The notes beneath the pieces are model-generated. The model was not told the origin of the DNA. It ran no database searches and saw nothing but the letters and a program-made list of their open reading frames with translations. From Myxococcota bacterium (GTDB lineage Bacteria > Myxococcota > XYA12-FULL-58-9 > JALHOP01): a stretch of 13,400 nt of DNA. Both the position numbers and the translations under genes were made by a program. Where the stretch lies: assembly GCA_041288095.1 (NCBI GenBank), contig JBGGMJ010000044.1, forward strand, positions 1 through 13,400. The letters run 5' to 3'. Positions within the stretch are counted from its first letter, which is position 1. Every line of letters begins with the position of its first letter. This document shows positions 8,085 through 13,400 of the stretch, piece after piece.

Positions 8085-8100
8085 AGCAAGCCCGGTGCCA
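8085..8100 (-). promoter_or_regulatory. Sigma-54 (RpoN) -24/-12 promoter for the DUF1592-DUF1552 operon
   Basis: The minus strand reads TGGCAC-CGGGC-TTGCT, matching TGGCAC-N5-TTGCW. It lies in the 128-bp intergenic region, oriented toward GTG 8073. Confidence 0.85.
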
Positions 8101-8201
8101 CGACCGGTTTCTCAGCGATAACAGTCATGTAGAGCGCCGTGTGGGCCCCTGGATGCGGCATGCACACCACAACGAACGGCGACTCGAGTCTCAGAAGCGC
8201 A

Positions 8202-9950
8202 TCACGGCGCCGGCGCCTCGATCGCCTGGTTGCGCTTGCCCGCGGTCACCGTCCGCGACCAGCGCTTGCCGCCGCTCTCGAAGCTCAGCGTGTGGGGGCC
8301 CGCGGTCACGAAGCGCGCCGTGAGGTTGTCGCGGGGCCGCGGTGTCCAGCGTTCGGCGTTCGGTAGCTGCTGGTCGTCGATGGTGACGGTGCCCGGGCTC
8401 TTGATGGTCAGCGACGGGCCGTCGGTGAACCGCTTGGCGAGCTGCTTCCATAGTTGTCCGCCCCAGCGGACGATGGCGTCGCGCCGTTTGGGCTCCTGTG
8501 GCGGCGGCCAGCTCGCGACTTCGGCGAGGAGCGCGACGGTGCCGTGTTCGTGCCGGTGCCAGTCCTGGTCGGTGCCGTCGACCTCGTAGAGCTTCTTCTT
8601 CACCTGCAGCGCCTTGCCTTCGGGATGCGCCGGTAGGCTCCTCACGACTTCCTCGGCGACCGTGACCGCCTCGTTGGGTGTCGGATCGGTGGCGCTGCCG
8701 ACGGTGTATGGCGCGAGCAGGGCGACCGTGCCCATGTGATACGAGACCGAGGCGACGAAGCGCTCGCGCGCCGCCAGCTCCATCATGCCTTGGGTCTCGG
8801 GCTCCGACGCCGGCCCCGCGCCCGGATAGGTGCGGCCGAGCGGCTCTTCGCCCTTGGGGCCGTTGCTCGCGGTCGTGCGCCAACCAAAGGGATAGTTGCG
8901 ATTCAAGTCGACGCCGTCGTGAACGCCTCGTTGTCCGTCGCCGTCGGCATCATGTCCGTTTTTGCGGCCGGCACGCACCGAGGTCTGCTGGAACATGTTC
9001 AAGCCGTCGGGGTTGACGATGGGGACGCACCAGAAGACCACCTGATCGCGCAGCTTCTTCAGCTTCTTGTCGGTGAGCAGCGCCTTGGCGGCGTCCATGA
9101 CGATGCTGGTCGCGACGAGCTCGTCACCATGATGGCCGCCGTTGAGCAGAATAGTGGGGCGGGTGTCGTCCGCGCGCAGCCCGGTGCCGATGGCCAAGGC
9201 TTGGACCGGTCTGCCTTGGCGGGTCGTCGCGATGGTGACGAGTCGTGCGTCGCTCGCGTACTTCGCGGCGAGCTCGGTGAGCGCGGTGCTCACCATCGCC
9301 GGTGACCAATAGCTCGCGCGCGGGAGCTTCCCGTCCTTGGTGAACGCGCGATCGGCCTCGAAGAACCCGACGTCTTCGTATTTCCAGGGCAGGTCCGCTG
9401 TAACGTCCAAGGCGACCTTGTCCTTGCAGGCGAGCCGCGCGAGCGTCGAGAGCTCCAGGCGAACCAGCGCGCGCCCGTCCTTTTCCTCGAAGGTGTAGAG
9501 CTTCGTCGGTGTGTCGACGGTGCCGGTGAAATACGCGGGATCACCGAAGCTCGTCTTGGCGCAGAGGTCGAGGTCTCGCTTGCCGACGACACGCGACTCG
9601 CCGGTAACGTCGATGCGACCGTTGGCGCGCTCGCAGCGACCAGCGACCTTGGCGAGCAAGCGACCCGAGGCCTTGTCGTGAAGAACCGCTATGACGGACA
9701 GACCGGCGGACAGCACCTCGACGCGGGTCGCCGCTCTGCCCGGAACGTAGGCGGGGGCGCCCGCGGGGTTGTCCGTGCCGTTCTGCAAGACCCGCCACTG
9801 CGCGGTTTGATCGGCGACCTGCAACACGCAGGCACCGTCATCGGCGCCACGCACCGACACCGTGAGATTGGGCTCGCCTTGAACGACGAGCTGGAAACGG
9901 AAGTCACCCGGAGAGGCGGTGAGGCTCGCTAGGAGCAGAACCGGAGTCAC
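8202..9950 (-). CDS. Secreted M14 family zinc carboxypeptidase with N-terminal extension and C-terminal beta-sandwich
   Basis: Zinc ligands HGDE (HxxE) and SYH; PIVNPDG, RKN, GVDLNRNY, GPASEPET and putative catalytic Glu in LLAEV. The GTG start overlaps the upstream stop (GTGA). Confidence 0.92.
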   Translation of the reverse strand: MTPVLLLASLTASPGDFRFQLVVQGEPNLTVSVRGADDGACVLQVADQTAQWRVLQNGTDNPAGAPAYVPGRAATRVEVLSAGLSVIAVLHDKASGRLLAKVAGRCERANGRIDVTGESRVVGKRDLDLCAKTSFGDPAYFTGTVDTPTKLYTFEEKDGRALVRLELSTLARLACKDKVALDVTADLPWKYEDVGFFEADRAFTKDGKLPRASYWSPAMVSTALTELAAKYASDARLVTIATTRQGRPVQALAIGTGLRADDTRPTILLNGGHHGDELVATSIVMDAAKALLTDKKLKKLRDQVVFWCVPIVNPDGLNMFQQTSVRAGRKNGHDADGDGQRGVHDGVDLNRNYPFGWRTTASNGPKGEEPLGRTYPGAGPASEPETQGMMELAARERFVASVSYHMGTVALLAPYTVGSATDPTPNEAVTVAEEVVRSLPAHPEGKALQVKKKLYEVDGTDQDWHRHEHGTVALLAEVASWPPPQEPKRRDAIVRWGGQLWKQLAKRFTDGPSLTIKSPGTVTIDDQQLPNAERWTPRPRDNLTARFVTAGPHTLSFESGGKRWSRTVTAGKRNQAIEAPAP

Positions 9951-10933
9951 CGATTGCTGGCCTGCAGCGGCCGCCCCGCGCGCTTCTTCTTGGCGAGCTT
10001 CTGTGGCTTTGCCATGGGTGGCTCACGCGGCACGTCGTAGACGGGCCGTTTGGCGGTGAGCACGCGCTTGGGCGCGAGGTCCCGCACCGACTTCACGTCG
10101 GAGCGCGCCAGTTGCTCGCGAAAGTCGCTGAGCGGCTGCACGACGTAGGTGTAGTCGTGGGCCATGGGCCGCGTACGCACGACGATGGCTCCCGAGGATG
10201 CCGGCCACGCTTGAATGTTGGCGCGAAACACGGGGCGGTAGGGAAAATACTGCTCGGCGTTCGAGAGGTACAACACGTGCACCGGCAACGCCGCTTCACC
10301 GAGGACGTCCGCGAGCTGACGCAAGGCACCCGGCTTCGTGAGGTCGGCCCGCGTCGCGATGATGCGGCCCGAGCGCGACAAGCCGCGCACGTGGTCGTAG
10401 TCCTCTTGCGAGGTGAGCACGCTGACGACGTTCCGCTTGGCGAGATCGTCACGAAGCTTCGAGAGGCGCACGAAGACGCGCACGCGCGCGAACTTGTAGA
10501 GCTTCACCAGGCGCTGCGCATCTTTCGGGTCGGGTGTGCGCTCGCGGATCGCGGCGATTGCCTGGCGTGGCGACTTGCGGTTCCAGAAGTCGACGAAGGC
10601 GTCCGGCGTGGCGGCGACGGAAAACGCAACGCCGTAGATGGCGTGCAGGTCGACGATCCACTGGTCGAAGTCGCACAACAGCACGAGGTTCGAACGTGCC
10701 CAACCGGCGAGCAGATAGTTCTGATCGGCCCCGACGCCGACGTAGGTGCCGCCGGTACCGGCGACGCGCGGCGCGAGTAAGTCGAGGCGCCACTCGTTGC
10801 CGGCGAGGTAGTGCGTATCGCGCGTGATTTCCTCTGGCGCGGGGTCGGGTCGAACCCCGGCGAAGGCGGAGTTGATTTGCGCGGTGAGTGGCTCGATGCC
10901 GACGAGAGCGGCAACGACTAGCGCCAGAGTCAT
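9947..10933 (-). CDS. Exported hypothetical protein, LIC_10091-like, possible Rossmann/SAM-methyltransferase-like fold
   Basis: Start reassigned to ATG 10933 (MTLALVVAALVG) because the longer ORF overlaps the plus-strand gene. Motifs HYLAGNE, GGTYVGVGADQNY, LLCDFD, RADLT and VLYLSNAEQY. The family name is from recollection of these motifs. 328 aa. Confidence 0.7.
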   Translation of the reverse strand: MTLALVVAALVGIEPLTAQINSAFAGVRPDPAPEEITRDTHYLAGNEWRLDLLAPRVAGTGGTYVGVGADQNYLLAGWARSNLVLLCDFDQWIVDLHAIYGVAFSVAATPDAFVDFWNRKSPRQAIAAIRERTPDPKDAQRLVKLYKFARVRVFVRLSKLRDDLAKRNVVSVLTSQEDYDHVRGLSRSGRIIATRADLTKPGALRQLADVLGEAALPVHVLYLSNAEQYFPYRPVFRANIQAWPASSGAIVVRTRPMAHDYTYVVQPLSDFREQLARSDVKSVRDLAPKRVLTAKRPVYDVPREPPMAKPQKLAKKKRAGRPLQASNR

Positions 10934-10993
10934 CGGCGGCGATGCTAACCTCGACTTGAACCGCTTTGCCAGGGTGGAGTAGCGTCGCGCCCC
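10934..10993. promoter_or_regulatory. Divergent promoter region with -10 boxes just upstream of both start codons
   Basis: Minus strand: TAGCAT (10947-10942)-8 nt-ATG 10933. Plus strand: TTGAAC (10956-10961)-18 nt-TAGCGT (10980-10985)-8 nt-GTG 10994. A further plus-strand TGcTAACCT lies at 10943-10951. Confidence 0.5.
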
Positions 10994-11797
10994 GTGAATG
11001 CCCTGACACGCTTTCTTCTCGTGGCCGCGCTCGTTTCGCATGCCGCCGCCGCGCAGGCGGGCGAGCTTCACATGGCCGACGTCCAGGCGCTGGCGAAGGC
11101 AAACGCCTGGGTCGAGCTCTTGGCCAGGGCGACCGACGTCCCGCCGAGCGAACGCAATGCCACCTGGAACGAGCTCGTGACCAAGGCGGCCGTCGCTCGC
11201 GCCAACGACACCTCGCTCACCGATCGCAACGTCACCGACGAGAACGAAGCGTTGCTCCAGGTCTATCCCATGCTGGCCGCCAACCGGGAGTTCATGGACG
11301 CTCGGGGCCGCCGTGGTGTCGTGGCCTTCGGCGGCTGCTTCCGTGACGCCTACGAGCTCGAGGTCTGCCTCACCCGCGCGCGCGCTTTCGTGAACGCCGA
11401 TCCGAAGAACGCGACCCTCGCCAAGGAGATGGGCCTGCTCGTAGCACGGCACGCCGCTCCCAAGGCGCCTGCCGTCGAGTTCTTCCACAAGGCAGTGAGC
11501 GCCGCGCGCGTCGACGGTGACGCGGGCGCCAAGAGCTTGAAGGAGATCTGCGCCAAGCCCGAGCTCGCCGATGCGGCCACCAGCGCGCTCACCAACTTCG
11601 ATGCCGACAACGTCTTCGTCGTCAAAGCGCGAGAGATCACCGACTGGTGCTGGGCTCACGTCGACCACGACAAGTTCGTCAAAGCGGCCCTCGACGGCGA
11701 CCGCGGCTTCGCCAACGCGTGCGGGACGCTGCTCGCCAAGAAGGCGGTCACCGGCACGCGCGAGAAGAAGTGCAAGAACGTGGTGTCGAAGCCATGA
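10994..11797 (+). CDS. Secreted, probably alpha-helical, 6-Cys hypothetical protein
   Basis: 267-aa ORF with GC3-rich codons, signal peptide MNALTRFLLVAALVSHAAAAQA, Ala-rich helical composition and six Cys. Confidence 0.85.
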   Translation: MNALTRFLLVAALVSHAAAAQAGELHMADVQALAKANAWVELLARATDVPPSERNATWNELVTKAAVARANDTSLTDRNVTDENEALLQVYPMLAANREFMDARGRRGVVAFGGCFRDAYELEVCLTRARAFVNADPKNATLAKEMGLLVARHAAPKAPAVEFFHKAVSAARVDGDAGAKSLKEICAKPELADAATSALTNFDADNVFVVKAREITDWCWAHVDHDKFVKAALDGDRGFANACGTLLAKKAVTGTREKKCKNVVSKP

Positions 11798-12567
11798 AGC
11801 TCGTCGCTCTGCTCGTGGCGTTCGCCGCCGGCGACGCGCCTCTGCCGGGGAAGCTCGGTAACCTCCGCTATTTCGTCTCGCCCGACGATGCCTCGCACGT
11901 TTACCTGGTCGACTGGAACGTCGACGGTCGTGACCTCGCCCTGGTGCTGCTCTCCGACCGCGTGTCCGCCGAAGCCGACAAGGTGGTCGTGCACGAGCGT
12001 CGTGACCGCTCGGGGAGCCACGTCATCTACACCGCGGGCCGCGACGTCTCGGCGCTCGCCTTCACGGACGGCGATGGCCGCATCATGTACGAAGGCACGG
12101 CGCGCAAGCAGTGGACGCTCACCGACTCCGCCGCCGGCAAGGAGCAGGTCACGCGCTACGTCGAGATCCCGCCGCCGCCTGGTACGCGCACCGCGGCCCA
12201 GCTCGTCGACCTCTACGTGAAGACCGAAGGGGCCGGGCGTAACATCGAGCTCGGCACCGCTCCGGCGGACATCGAGAAAGCGGTGAACGGCGCTTGTGGC
12301 GGCAAGGTCGCCGTCAAGGCCAACGACGCCGCCAAGGCCGGCATGGTGGAGCGCGCGCGTGTGGCCGGGCAGGCCATCGCCAACCTCTGCCTCAGCGACT
12401 CGGACTACAAGGTCGCTGTCGCCAAACTCGACGATCTGAAGTTCTCCGCGTCCGGTAAAGCGGACACGGCGATTGCTCGCAAGGGCAAAACGTTGGAAAT
12501 CGCCTTCGGCAGCACTCCTGTGAACACGCCAGCCACGGTCACGCTGTGGCTGAAAAACAACCTGTAG
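11794..12567 (+). CDS. Secreted hypothetical protein; beta-rich N-terminal half plus a C-terminal Cys domain paralogous to the next gene
   Basis: Start reassigned to ATG 11794 (ATGA overlap with the upstream stop). Signal-like N-terminus MKLVALLVAFAAG. 257 aa. Confidence 0.85.
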   Translation: MKLVALLVAFAAGDAPLPGKLGNLRYFVSPDDASHVYLVDWNVDGRDLALVLLSDRVSAEADKVVVHERRDRSGSHVIYTAGRDVSALAFTDGDGRIMYEGTARKQWTLTDSAAGKEQVTRYVEIPPPPGTRTAAQLVDLYVKTEGAGRNIELGTAPADIEKAVNGACGGKVAVKANDAAKAGMVERARVAGQAIANLCLSDSDYKVAVAKLDDLKFSASGKADTAIARKGKTLEIAFGSTPVNTPATVTLWLKNNL

Positions 12568-12579
12568 GATCTAACTCCC

Positions 12580-13038
12580 ATGAAGCGTCTGTTGATCATC
12601 CTCGTCGGTGTTTGCGGCATCTCGACCAGTGCCTTCGCTCAGTCGGTGAAGGAGAAGAAGGCGTGGGACAACATCAACGAGCAATCGAAGAAGGCCGCGG
12701 AAGCGATCAAGGCCAAGTGTGGCGTCGAAGTCACCATCATGCCGGACAAGAAGAGCTGGGACAGCATCGAGCTCGCCGAAGGTCCGGCGCTCTGGTGCAT
12801 CAGCGAGGGCGAGTCGGTGATCGGCTATCTGTGTGACGACGCCGACTACAAGGCGGCGGTCTCCAAGCAGCTCAAGAAGATCAACTGCGTCAACGACCCG
12901 AAGCTCCCGCGCGAGGGCTCGAAGGACAAATACGGTAACAAGCACTCGCTCAAGGGTGGCGTCGTCGAGTGGCGCTACAACAAGGACAGCGCGAACCTCG
13001 GCGAGTACCTGCGCGAGTTCTTGAAGGAAGCGCTTTAG
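12580..13038 (+). CDS. Secreted small 4-Cys hypothetical protein
   Basis: 152 aa with signal peptide MKRLLIILVGVCGISTSAFA. AGGA lies 10 nt upstream. The mature part has four Cys and a Lys/Glu-rich composition. Confidence 0.88.
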   Translation: MKRLLIILVGVCGISTSAFAQSVKEKKAWDNINEQSKKAAEAIKAKCGVEVTIMPDKKSWDSIELAEGPALWCISEGESVIGYLCDDADYKAAVSKQLKKINCVNDPKLPREGSKDKYGNKHSLKGGVVEWRYNKDSANLGEYLREFLKEAL

Positions 13039-13400
13039 CGGTCCGCGTACGGGATCGATCCCGTACGCTCGAGCGGTTCATTGCCGAAGACGCGCTTGGC
13101 GCCGGCTTGGCGCGTCCACTCGATCTTCTCGATGTTCATCCCGGGCATCCCGAGCGGTGGCCACGAGTAGGTGTGCAGGAAGACGGCGGTTGGCTTGTCG
13201 CCCTTCGTCGTCGTGTGGATGGTGAAGCGCTGCAAGATGCGCTCGTGCACCGTCGCTCTCGGCCGCGCATCGTAGCCGGGCGCGAACATCGCGATGGTGC
13301 CCCCCTGATGACCGACGGGCGACCACTGGGTTTCGACGATGAAGCCGCGCTCGACCCAGCGCTGAACGAAGTCACGTGGCAGCGGTCCAATGAGCTCCCC
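13035..13400 (-). CDS. Hypothetical protein, 5'-partial (C-terminal 121 aa visible)
   Basis: The frame of ORF 13035..13289 is open to the window edge (GELIGPLPRDFVQRWVERGFIVETQWSPVGHQGGTIAMFAPGY...). Codons are GC3-rich. Its TAA stop overlaps the TAG of the convergent gene (TTAG). Confidence 0.7.
   Translation of the reverse strand, partial: GELIGPLPRDFVQRWVERGFIVETQWSPVGHQGGTIAMFAPGYDARPRATVHERILQRFTIHTTTKGDKPTAVFLHTYSWPPLGMPGMNIEKIEWTRQAGAKRVFGNEPLERTGSIPYADR
13045..13068. repeat. Perfect 24-bp palindrome, a candidate terminator/3'-protective hairpin or protein-binding site
   Basis: GCGTACGGGATCGATCCCGTACGC is its own reverse complement. It begins 6 nt after the stop of 12580..13038. Confidence 0.8.

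Noticed and set aside
8117-8132. Possible IHF site between the sigma-54 promoter and the enhancer region
   Set aside because: Only about 6 of 9 positions match WATCAA-N4-TTR, which is too weak to call.
1619-8883. Long alternative-frame ORFs (e.g. 1619..2503, 3113..3889, 5186..5983, 7565..8323, 8191..8883)
   Set aside because: They are shadow ORFs expected at high GC, lie over well-supported genes and have no recognisable motifs.
10956-10971. Sigma-54-like TGGCAA-AGCGG-TTCAA on the minus strand
   Set aside because: The essential GC at -12 is missing.
10934-11668. N-terminal extension of ORF 9947..11668 (-)
   Set aside because: It is the antisense shadow of the plus-strand gene 10994..11797. 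The protein-like sequence and leader begin at ATG 10933.
12565-12570. TAGGAT as an internal -10 box before ATG 12580
   Set aside because: It is 9 nt from the start and is equally explained by the upstream stop codon plus an AGGA SD.
1-13400. CRISPR arrays, tRNA/rRNA, IS elements, integrases, defence or toxin genes
   Set aside because: No spaced direct repeats, RNA-gene signatures, or transposase, recombinase or nuclease motifs were seen. The intergenic gaps are all 128 bp or shorter.

Overview
A GC-rich, densely coding bacterial window. Gene content (DUF1592/DUF1552 pair, Cys-rich FGE-sulfatase protein, sigma-54 promoter, short signal peptides) suggests Myxococcota or a relative; this is inference. 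It holds 11 CDSs, two cut by the window edges. In order: a large modular surface protein (HFS-motif domain, PPC-like, Big_5 Ig-like, beta-propeller); a PKD + SASA/CE6-type acetylesterase lipoprotein; an FGE-sulfatase-domain protein; a sigma-54-driven DUF1592-type lipoprotein + DUF1552 Tat protein operon; an LIC_10091-like protein coupled to an M14 zinc carboxypeptidase; three secreted hypothetical proteins, two sharing a paralogous Cys domain; and a partial convergent hypothetical gene. No rRNA, tRNA, CRISPR or mobile element was seen. The strongest non-obvious signal is regulatory. All five visible transcription-unit heads have a promoter motif placed so that transcription would start at or within 1-2 nt of the start codon (leaderless mRNA). 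These include an 18-bp symmetric bidirectional extended -10 promoter between two divergent start codons and a near-consensus sigma-54 promoter. A perfect 24-bp palindrome lies at the last convergent gene junction. Family names are recognised from motifs, not from database searches.
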